Of a DNA stretch of 32,000 nt, positions 9,939-17,254 are shown piece after piece. Location of the stretch: contig NZ_CP195536.1 of assembly GCF_051307035.1 (NCBI RefSeq), positions 90,001 to 122,000 on the forward strand, in the 5' to 3' direction. How positions within the stretch are numbered: the first letter of the stretch is position 1; every line of letters starts with the position of its first letter. The notes under the pieces were generated by a model that was not told where the DNA came from, did no database searches, and saw nothing but the letters and a program-made list of their open reading frames with translations. A program made the position numbers and the translations under genes. Origin of the DNA: Psychrobacter sp. DM4. Its GTDB lineage: Bacteria > Pseudomonadota > Gammaproteobacteria > Pseudomonadales > Moraxellaceae.

Positions 9939-10869
9939 ATGATGCAACAAATTCTAGATGACATCGCCGCCCAAATGACAATCGAGACCGAGCGTGGAAA
10001 AGTAGCGGACTACATTCCGCAGCTGGCTCATGTCGATCCTAATCAATTTGGTATTGCCGTCGCGACTCCTGATGGGCAAGTCTATAGCGCAGGAGATGCC
10101 AGTACGCTGTTCTCCATACAAAGTATCTCTAAAGTATTTACGCTAACTATTGGTCTTAGCAAACTTGGCAGTACCCTGTGGAATCATGTCGGTCGTGAGC
10201 CCTCAGGCGACCCCTTTAACTCCATTACCATACTCGAGTATGAGTCGGGCAGGCCGCGTAATCCCTTTATCAATGCGGGCGCGATTGCGGTAGTCGATGC
10301 CATTACTATGGGACGCGAGCCAAAAGAGATATTGGATGAGATTATACAGTTTGTGCATTTTATAGCAGACGATGAGTCGATCTGCTTTGATTATAAAGTA
10401 GCAAGGTCTGAGATCGATCACGAGGATCGCAACGCCGCGCTCGCTCATTTTATGAAGTCTTTTGGTCATCTGCAACATGACGTCGATAAGATACTCAATA
10501 CTTACTTTCATCAATGCTCGATTGCCATTAGCTGTGAGCTGTGAGCAGTTAGCCCGTGCTGGTCTGTTTTTGGTCTCTAACGGTATCAATGAGCCCACAG
10601 GAGCAAAGGTGATCAGCCCGCAGCAATCTAAGCGGATTAATTCACTGATGATGATGTGTGGTCATTACGATGGCTCTGGCGAGTTTGCCTATCAGGTGGG
10701 TCTCCCAGGCAAAAGCGGCGTCGGTGGCGGCATTCTAACAATAGCACCGGGTAAGGGCGCAATCGCAGTATGGTCACCTGGCCTAAATCCAGTGGGTAAC
10801 TCAGAACTTGGCACAAAAGCATTAGAGCTACTGGTAGAAAAAACAGGATGGTCGGTATTTTCAAACTAA
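9939..10869 (+). pseudogene. glsA: Glutaminase A gene disrupted by a 7-bp tandem duplication (frameshift)
   Basis: Two overlapping ORFs (9939-10544 and 10462-10869) together cover a complete glutaminase (…FSIQSISKVFT… / …[12 protein letters not shown]…GKSGVGGGI…). At 10530-10546 the sequence reads agctgtg-agctgtg-agc. Deleting one 7-mer restores …[15 protein letters not shown]… and a 307-codon ORF. Confidence 0.85.
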
Positions 10870-10877
10870 AGAACAGT

Positions 10878-11032
10878 AGCTTATATAGTCAGTTCAATAT
10901 AAAAACGATACGGAGAGATTGAAATGGTTTTTCTGCGGCATCGAGCGGCGTAGGCACAGCACGCAAGAAAAAATTATTTCAATTTCGCGCCATAGTACGG
11001 CGTATCTGTTTTATTTGGTATTGACTATAGCT
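10878..11032. repeat. Long imperfect palindrome (~65-nt arms) between convergent genes; MITE/REP-like element or large terminator structure
   Basis: The left arm (10878-10937) is the imperfect reverse complement of the right arm (10962-11032). For example, agattgaaatggtttttctgcg pairs with cgcaagaaaaaattatttcaattt, and tatagtcagttcaatataaaaacgatacg pairs with cgtatctgttttatttggtattgactata. The right arm has a ~10-nt insertion. Confidence 0.6.
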
Positions 11033-11077
11033 AGATTAGACATATCGACATAAACATTTGCCAGTATGTTTAATCAA

Positions 11078-11126
11078 ACAAAAAAATCCAATGCCAAACG
11101 CTTAAATCAAACGCCTAACATTGGAT
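11078..11126 (-). terminator. Terminator for the minus-strand gene 11159-11788
   Basis: atccaatg (11086-11093) pairs with cattggat (11119-11126), a perfect 8-bp stem with a large loop. On the minus strand a T-run follows it (A-run 11078-11086 on the plus strand). Confidence 0.55.
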
Positions 11127-11158
11127 TAATTAAACTCTAAACTAACTATCTAGAGTGC

Positions 11159-11788
11159 TTATTCTTGATCTAACTTATCGATCATATCTTGATATTTCTC
11201 TTTTCTGCTAGCAATCTTACTACGCTCTTCTTCTACGTTAGCGATCAGCTTTTTGGCAACGTCTACGCTCTTATCAAAGGCGGCGAGTTCCATATCTACC
11301 ACAGCGATTAAGCGCTCTAAGGTCATGGCTGTGGCTTTTTCGGTGACCCCATTGGTCATGCCCATCGCTTCGGACATAAAGTCTTCTCTAAGCTTAGATG
11401 CCCATTGAAAGAGACCTGCCATTGACATATTAGGGTTGCTATCTTCGTCAGACTGCCCTTCTTTATCAGCGTCATTCTGTTCAGCGTCGTCTTTTTGCTC
11501 GGCTTTAGTTTCTTTGGCAGCAGACTTATTATTTTTACTAGATTTTTCTTCTTTATTAGTATCGTTAGCTTCGTTGGACTTATCATCTTTTTTAGCGGAT
11601 TGACCTTCTTTGGTAGCGCTATCTGCTTTCTTGTCATGAGCTTTGTCTTCTTGATAATGATGCTCGGCGTTATACTCCTCAAAATTGCCGTCTTCGGATA
11701 CTACGGTATCGTCTTTAACGACTTCTACGCCAGTAACCACTTTATTGTCGGCAGCTTTTTTTGAATCTTTGCCAGTGTTGTTTGACAT
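11159..11788 (-). CDS. Lys/Asp/Glu-rich low-complexity protein with a structured C-terminal ~90 aa (hypothetical)
   Basis: It is the longest ORF at this locus, with an AAGGA SD 9-13 nt upstream of the ATG and a terminator downstream. The N-terminal ~120 aa are K/D/E/N/S-rich. The C-terminus (…GLFQWASKLREDFMSEAMG…LIANVEEERSKIASRKEKYQDMIDKLDQE) looks helical. Confidence 0.7.
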   Translation of the reverse strand: MSNNTGKDSKKAADNKVVTGVEVVKDDTVVSEDGNFEEYNAEHHYQEDKAHDKKADSATKEGQSAKKDDKSNEANDTNKEEKSSKNNKSAAKETKAEQKDDAEQNDADKEGQSDEDSNPNMSMAGLFQWASKLREDFMSEAMGMTNGVTEKATAMTLERLIAVVDMELAAFDKSVDVAKKLIANVEEERSKIASRKEKYQDMIDKLDQE

Positions 11789-12035
11789 AGCTCATTATCC
11801 TTAGTTAAGTTTGAATGTAATAAATATTTACCTATAAGAGATATTAAGCCAAGCGTATTTTTTTATCAATATAGGGATATAAATATACTGTCCAATGCTT
11901 ACAGAAAGATACAGGTTGTCGTCTAAAACGCTAAGCGGTAAACGTTGTTTTGCAAGATATAGCGCAGTGGATAGTACCGATTAAAGGATATATTCACCGC
12001 GCATGTGCAAAATTTTATGGTCACTACTTTTAGTG

Positions 12036-12944
12036 TTAAGGGTTATCTGCTATAAAGGTGATCAAGAGCTCAGCTAGCGATTCCCCTTGATCTTCTTGTA
12101 AGAAATGACCACCCCCAGTGATGATCGTATGGGCTTGAGATTGAGTACCGGGTATCAGCTTTTGCATGATCTTATCACCGCCGCCCGTGACTGGATCAGA
12201 GTCACTAAATAAGGTGATAAACGGTTTGGTCCATTGACTTAAGATACCCCAAGCTGCGCGGTTATCCGCTGAGGCAGGGTCGTCGGGTGTGGTTGGTACC
12301 AGTATCGGAAACTGCCTTGCGCCTTCTTTGAACGACTCATCAGGGAAGGGCGCGTTATAGGCATCGATGATGTCTTGTGATAGCTCGGTTACGGTGCCGC
12401 TATTGATGATGCTGCCGACATGGAACTCTGGTGTATCCTGCGAAAATTGCTGCCATTTGCGAAAGCCCTCGCCAGGATCATGGTCGCCAGTAGGTAACAT
12501 AGTATTGCCAGCGGCTACTCGAGCAAATCGGTCTGGATTATCTGCGACCAAGCGCAGACCGATGAGTCCGCCCCAATCTTGACAAAACAGGGTTATATTC
12601 TGCAATTGTAACTGATCAACGACTGATTGCATCCAATCGACATGACGCCGGTAAGTATAGTCAGTACGAGCAGCAGGCTTGTCTGAGCGCCCAAAGCCTG
12701 GCAGATCTGGCGCAATGACGCGATGACCAGCAGCTACCAAAATCGGTATTATCTTGCGATACAGATAACACCACGATGGCTCTCCGTGCAGCAATAATAT
12801 GGGGTCGGCATCTTTGCGACCTTCGTCTAGATAGTGCACGCGCAGCTCGCCGCCCTCACTATCGTCAACCATTAGATAGTTCGGTGCAAAGTCAAAATCA
12901 GGTAGGTTCTCAAACTGCGTATCAGGGGTTCTAAGCGTCTTCAT
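12036..12944 (-). CDS. Haloalkane dehalogenase, HLD-I subfamily (alpha/beta hydrolase)
   Basis: It aligns by eye along its full length to DhlA-type enzymes: RTPDTQFENLPDFDFAPNY, HGEPSWCYLYRKIIP, nucleophile motif QDWGG, second halide-binding Trp in GFRKWQQF, and catalytic His in GGHFLQED. Confidence 0.88.
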   Translation of the reverse strand: MKTLRTPDTQFENLPDFDFAPNYLMVDDSEGGELRVHYLDEGRKDADPILLLHGEPSWCYLYRKIIPILVAAGHRVIAPDLPGFGRSDKPAARTDYTYRRHVDWMQSVVDQLQLQNITLFCQDWGGLIGLRLVADNPDRFARVAAGNTMLPTGDHDPGEGFRKWQQFSQDTPEFHVGSIINSGTVTELSQDIIDAYNAPFPDESFKEGARQFPILVPTTPDDPASADNRAAWGILSQWTKPFITLFSDSDPVTGGGDKIMQKLIPGTQSQAHTIITGGGHFLQEDQGESLAELLITFIADNP

Positions 12945-13109
12945 AATTCATCCTTGTATTGAAGTATCATCCATTTTAAACAACGGCTACTAGGTGTTGA
13001 GTATAGCATTGAGATTAATCAAATGTTTGCGATCACTAAATACGATGAAAAGGAGTTGCTTATGATGACTTTAGGCTCTCAATCGATATGTATTCAAAGC
13101 CTGTTGACG

Positions 13110-13691
13110 CTAAACAGTAATATGCTTTGGCACATGGATATCAATGCGTAGTTTAGGCAAACCTTGCAAGTGCTTTTTGATAAGCGGCAGCGTGACGTCA
13201 TGCCAGTCTAGAGGAAGGGGAGCTGCGGTATGCTCTCTTGCATGGTCTAAACTATCATGCTCTGCCTTATTAGAAGAATGTTCAAACAGTAGGGGGCGGG
13301 CGAGCATAGCAATTTTGCGTACGCCTTTGTAGCGTATAAGGGGCATAAGTTGTTTAGATAAGTCTGTGAGCGCTGCTGTCAACCAAGCGGTACGCGCTGG
13401 ATGATAAGGATGATCTGATATGACTAGATTAGCGATATAGCTTGGCTGATTGCTATGATTACTGATGCCAAGACCTGAGTGCTCACGTACGCGCTTGTGT
13501 ATCAAGCAGGTTCCAGTCTTTAAGCTGCCATCAATACAGGCTTTGCGATAGCGCTGGTAATTATCAGGATAAAGAATTTTGGTGCGGGCAAGGACAGGAT
13601 CTAATAACGTACCAGCAGTGTTCACGGGTAAAATAAGCAGCTGTACGCTGCTATTTAGGATAGGCGCATGCGTTAACTGTATGGTCGCCAT
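13110..13691 (-). CDS. Hypothetical protein, possibly macro-domain-like
   Basis: 193-aa ORF, last gene in the prlC-side string. The N-terminal pattern VQLLILPVNTAGTLLDPVLARTKILYPDNYQRYRKACIDGSLKTGTCL resembles the macro-domain layout (xxVN..G.....A..i...yP..y..Y). The functional call is weak. Confidence 0.5.
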   Translation of the reverse strand: MATIQLTHAPILNSSVQLLILPVNTAGTLLDPVLARTKILYPDNYQRYRKACIDGSLKTGTCLIHKRVREHSGLGISNHSNQPSYIANLVISDHPYHPARTAWLTAALTDLSKQLMPLIRYKGVRKIAMLARPLLFEHSSNKAEHDSLDHAREHTAAPLPLDWHDVTLPLIKKHLQGLPKLRIDIHVPKHITV

Positions 13692-13707
13692 ATTGCCTGC
13701 TCCAAGT

Positions 13708-14289
13708 TTATTCTATAATAGCTTTACGACGCTTTTGTGCCTCTAACTGAGCGATTTGTGCTTCTAGTAGCGCGATTTGTTCTGCTTTCATCTGGGTTAA
13801 TTGTTTTGTCATAGCGATTTGTTCCGCAGCCAGTCGCTCTTGTTCCGCAAAACGTTGCTTCTCATCGTTTAATCGGTCTATCTCTTCTTTGGCAAGACTG
13901 TCAGTTGCTGGTAGCGGTGCCTCTATGATTGTCTTAGGATTGGGGATATCGACCGTTTGAATACTGATACTGTCTTTATTATCTAAGGTGCTAGTAGCAG
14001 TATCGTCAAGATTATCAGTGCTATCGTTATTATCAATATCAATATCGCTAGCATCCGCTACTGGTATGATCGAAGCTGACTGAGCCATCTTACCTTGTTC
14101 TTCTACTGTCGATATGACGATAGTTGTTCCCTCATTATCTAGATCATCAGCGGTAGACTGTGACCAAAATAAGTAGGCCAAGATAATCAAGACAACTATT
14201 AGTGTGATAGCGATCCATAATAATGGAGCAGATCGGTGCTTGGGCTGTGCATATCGGTTAAAGGTAGGTCGCGGTTTCTTTGATTTCAT
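13708..14289 (-). CDS. Membrane-anchored protein with acidic linker and C-terminal coiled coil (hypothetical)
   Basis: Basic N-terminus, one TM helix (LLWIAITLIVVLIILAYLFW), a D/N/S/T-rich linker, and a heptad-like C-terminus (…AEQIALLEAQIAQLEAQKRRK). It lies 16 nt upstream of the next gene. Confidence 0.65.
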   Translation of the reverse strand: MKSKKPRPTFNRYAQPKHRSAPLLWIAITLIVVLIILAYLFWSQSTADDLDNEGTTIVISTVEEQGKMAQSASIIPVADASDIDIDNNDSTDNLDDTATSTLDNKDSISIQTVDIPNPKTIIEAPLPATDSLAKEEIDRLNDEKQRFAEQERLAAEQIAMTKQLTQMKAEQIALLEAQIAQLEAQKRRKAIIE

Positions 14290-14398
14290 ACCATCGTCAA
14301 TGGAGGTCGTGATTAATAAAAGCTATGATAGCAAACCCAAAATAAAAAACCTATCTAAGCTAGATAGACGGTAAAAGTAAACGCATTGATAGGGTGGA

Positions 14399-14656
14399 TC
14401 AAGGTTTAAACTTCACTGTACCACTCGTACCCGTTGTCATGGCGTTGCGTACGAGCTGATCTTGCGCATGGTTTTGTGCGCTGATTGCATCAGGGTCAGG
14501 GCGGTGTTCACTATGATCGCACTGCGTACACTCGATGTACTCATCAGGCTTTGGCGTGACGATATTGACCTGTACGATAGCATCAAGCGTCTGGCATTTA
14601 GGACAACGCACCCCTGCCAAAAACTGCCGCTTTGGACGAGTAGATTGATAGCGCAT
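14399..14656 (-). CDS. yheV: YheV-family zinc-ribbon protein
   Basis: KRQFLAGVRCPKCQTLD…YIECTQCDH matches the YheV pattern (two CxxC pairs). Its ATG directly abuts the prlC stop (…CAGGAGGCATAAATG…), and the SD lies inside the prlC 3' end. Confidence 0.8.
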   Translation of the reverse strand: MRYQSTRPKRQFLAGVRCPKCQTLDAIVQVNIVTPKPDEYIECTQCDHSEHRPDPDAISAQNHAQDQLVRNAMTTGTSGTVKFKP

Positions 14657-16843
14657 TTATGCCTCCTGACCTATCGTTTGAGCATCCAATGCCTCGTTCT
14701 CAGAGAAGCCACTATGGCGCAGTAGCGCCTCTATGCTCGCGCTACGACCACGGAAATTCTCAAAATTGGTCTTGGCAGGAAAACTACCGCCAACGGACAA
14801 AATAGTGTCGCGAAACGCTTTGCCCGTAGCAGGATTAAAGATACCGTCCTCTTCAAACTTGCTAAAAGCGTCCGCTGATAATAGCTCAGCCCACTTATAA
14901 GAGTAGTAGCCTGCAGCGTAGCCACCTGCAAAGATATGACTAAAGCCATTGGCAAAACGGTTATACTCAGGCGTCTGGGTAATGGCTATATCGTGACGTA
15001 CTTCGTTGAGTGTCGCTAATATACCGTCATAATCTAACGCTGGCGTATGCGCATGAATCAGTAAGTCAAACAATGAGAGCTCAACCTGACGCAAGGTTTG
15101 CATACCGCTTTGGAAGTTTTTGGCCGCAAGCAGAGCATCTAGCTTATCTTTTGGCAAAGGCTCGCCTGTATCTACATGGCTACTAATCAGCGCAATACCT
15201 TCACTATCCCACGCCCAGTTCTCCATAAACTGACTCGGTAGCTCGACCGCATCCCACTCAACACCATTAACCCCTGCAACATCGCCAACACTCACTTGCG
15301 TCAATAGATGATGCAAACCATGACCAAACTCATGGAACAAGGTTAGTACTTCGTTATGAGTCAATAGGCTCGGCTTACCGCCTAACGCTGGGGTAAAGTT
15401 GCCTACCATAAAGCAAACTGGCAGCTGCTCGTAGCCTTGCTCATCATGACTGTAGCGGGACTGAAAACCACTCATCCAAGCGCCGCCACGTTTGCCACTG
15501 CGGGTAAATAAGTCAAAATAAAACCCGCCAACTACGTTTTTGTCATTATCGAATAATTGATAAAAACGCACATCATCATGCCAGCGTGACGCTGCACCCG
15601 TAGCACTAGTATCAATATCTTGCTCTTTCACCGTAATACCGTATAAACGCTCTACAATAGCAAACAGACCATCGATGACTTTTGGTAAAGGAAAATACGG
15701 ACGTATCTCTTCTTGCGACAGACTAAATTTGTCTTGTTTGAGCTTTTCTGCGATATACGCCGTGTCCCAAGGTTGCAGATCAGTAATGCCGTTAGCACTT
15801 GCACAAACTTGCAACTGCGCCAAATCTTGCTCGGCAGTAGGAGTTGCTTGCGCTGCTAAATTGCGCAAAAAGGTGTCAACCTCTGCCACGCTGTCTGCCA
15901 TCTTAGTCGATAGCGATACTTCAGCGTAATTGTTAAAGCCTAATAGCCCAGCCTTTTGCTGACGCAACTTGAGTATCTGACTCATGACCTCAGCGTTATT
16001 GAGCGAGTCACCTTTTTTATCCGTATGAGTATCAAACTCCGAGGCGCGAGTCACGTAAGCGCGGTATAGAGTGGCACGCAAATCACGGTCGTCGGCGTGC
16101 GTCATAATCGCTAAATACACAGGGATATTGAGCGTCGCGACATAATACGGCGTTGGTAGCGCATCACTGTCTTCTTGAGTCAGACGACCTGCCTCTAATT
16201 CATGCGCTTTAAACTGCTCGCCTGCGTCCGCGAGTAAGGAGAGTCCGCTATCGGTCAAGCCCGCTAGTTGCTCTGCGGTTAGCGGTAGGGCATACGCTTG
16301 GGTGGCGTCCAAAATATGATCTGAGAACATCGCTGATAGTGTTGATAGCTTGCTTTGAATAGCGGCAAACTTATCTTGATCCGCTTTGGGCAGCGCAACG
16401 CCCGAGAGCTCAAATCGACGCACGGCAAGCTCAATGGCTCGTCTGCGAGCAGGTTCTAATGTCTCAAAAAATGAGCGATCATCAACAATAGCCTGATAGC
16501 GGTCGAATAGGGGCTGATGCTGACCCACTCTTGTGCCATAGGCAGATAACTTAGGCAACAGCTCATGATGCACATGACGAATCTCATCATTACTCATGAC
16601 GCCGTTCAAGTGCGAGAGCACACCCCAGCTACGATCCAAGCTCAAATTGATATGATCAAACTCTAATACATCACGCAGAGCAATATCTGCACTTATAGGG
16701 GTAAAGTCCTTGTCCTGAAAACTTGTCAGCGTATCCAAAAAATCATTGGCTTGTGCTATAGCTAGGTTAACTTGCGTCTGCAAAGTCGTAGGAGAGGCAT
16801 CCAAAAAGTTGACAAGGTTTAATCTGGGATCTAAAGATGTCAT
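14657..16843 (-). CDS. prlC: Oligopeptidase A (M3 family zinc metallopeptidase)
   Basis: HEFGH zinc motif (LFHEFGHGLHHLLT), downstream GVEWDAVELPSQFMENW, and full-length M3A similarity. Confidence 0.95.
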   Translation of the reverse strand: MTSLDPRLNLVNFLDASPTTLQTQVNLAIAQANDFLDTLTSFQDKDFTPISADIALRDVLEFDHINLSLDRSWGVLSHLNGVMSNDEIRHVHHELLPKLSAYGTRVGQHQPLFDRYQAIVDDRSFFETLEPARRRAIELAVRRFELSGVALPKADQDKFAAIQSKLSTLSAMFSDHILDATQAYALPLTAEQLAGLTDSGLSLLADAGEQFKAHELEAGRLTQEDSDALPTPYYVATLNIPVYLAIMTHADDRDLRATLYRAYVTRASEFDTHTDKKGDSLNNAEVMSQILKLRQQKAGLLGFNNYAEVSLSTKMADSVAEVDTFLRNLAAQATPTAEQDLAQLQVCASANGITDLQPWDTAYIAEKLKQDKFSLSQEEIRPYFPLPKVIDGLFAIVERLYGITVKEQDIDTSATGAASRWHDDVRFYQLFDNDKNVVGGFYFDLFTRSGKRGGAWMSGFQSRYSHDEQGYEQLPVCFMVGNFTPALGGKPSLLTHNEVLTLFHEFGHGLHHLLTQVSVGDVAGVNGVEWDAVELPSQFMENWAWDSEGIALISSHVDTGEPLPKDKLDALLAAKNFQSGMQTLRQVELSLFDLLIHAHTPALDYDGILATLNEVRHDIAITQTPEYNRFANGFSHIFAGGYAAGYYSYKWAELLSADAFSKFEEDGIFNPATGKAFRDTILSVGGSFPAKTNFENFRGRSASIEALLRHSGFSENEALDAQTIGQEA

Positions 16844-17254
16844 AGCGGTATCCGTTGCATAATGTCGTTATTATGAGTATTTGTTAAAATAGTATGCATT
16901 AAAGATGGGTATGTTTTGATGAAAATACAAGCCACTCAACGTAAACCCTATATCATCTGGCAGTAATGATAGTGGCGACGAGTTTGACCCATTCAAGCGT
17001 ATTTTAATCACATCAGCTGAATAATGGACTCAGCTTATAAGGACTTAGTGACCTCATCGTTATATCGCTTACAAAGGGTCATCATTTGCTTGCAAAGTAA
17101 CCATATATCTGAGAAGACGGTCTGATAGTATCAAAGGTAGTACTAAATCTAGTGCTAAGAAAAGACACACTACTAAAAAGTACGAGCACAAGCCTATAGT
17201 AAATTGTGCCAACATTAAAAATCTATTAATGATAATAAAATAAGGAATATATTC

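Noticed and set aside
10462-10560. Programmed ribosomal frameshift or genuinely split two-subunit glutaminase
   Set aside because: There is no slippery heptamer or stimulatory structure. The defect is fully explained by an exact 7-bp tandem duplication, and removing it restores a normal-length single-chain enzyme.
10203-10598. 131-aa minus-strand ORF spanning the glsA frameshift site
   Set aside because: It is antisense to clear glutaminase coding sequence on both sides and has no recognisable family or SD. The 10637-10864 antisense ORF is rejected for the same reason.
11356-11764. Alternative-frame ORFs (11356-11682 minus, 11495-11764 plus) over the K/D/E-rich gene
   Set aside because: They are shadow ORFs created by the AAG/GAA/GAT-rich low-complexity repeat. 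Only the 209-aa frame has an SD, a sensible C-terminal domain and a terminator.
16919-16966. Tiny ORF (MKIQATQRKPYIIWQ*) in the prlC / aeRF1-like divergent region as a possible leader peptide
   Set aside because: It has no SD and no obvious link to a downstream structure, and it lies ~290 nt from the aeRF1-like start. The evidence is insufficient.
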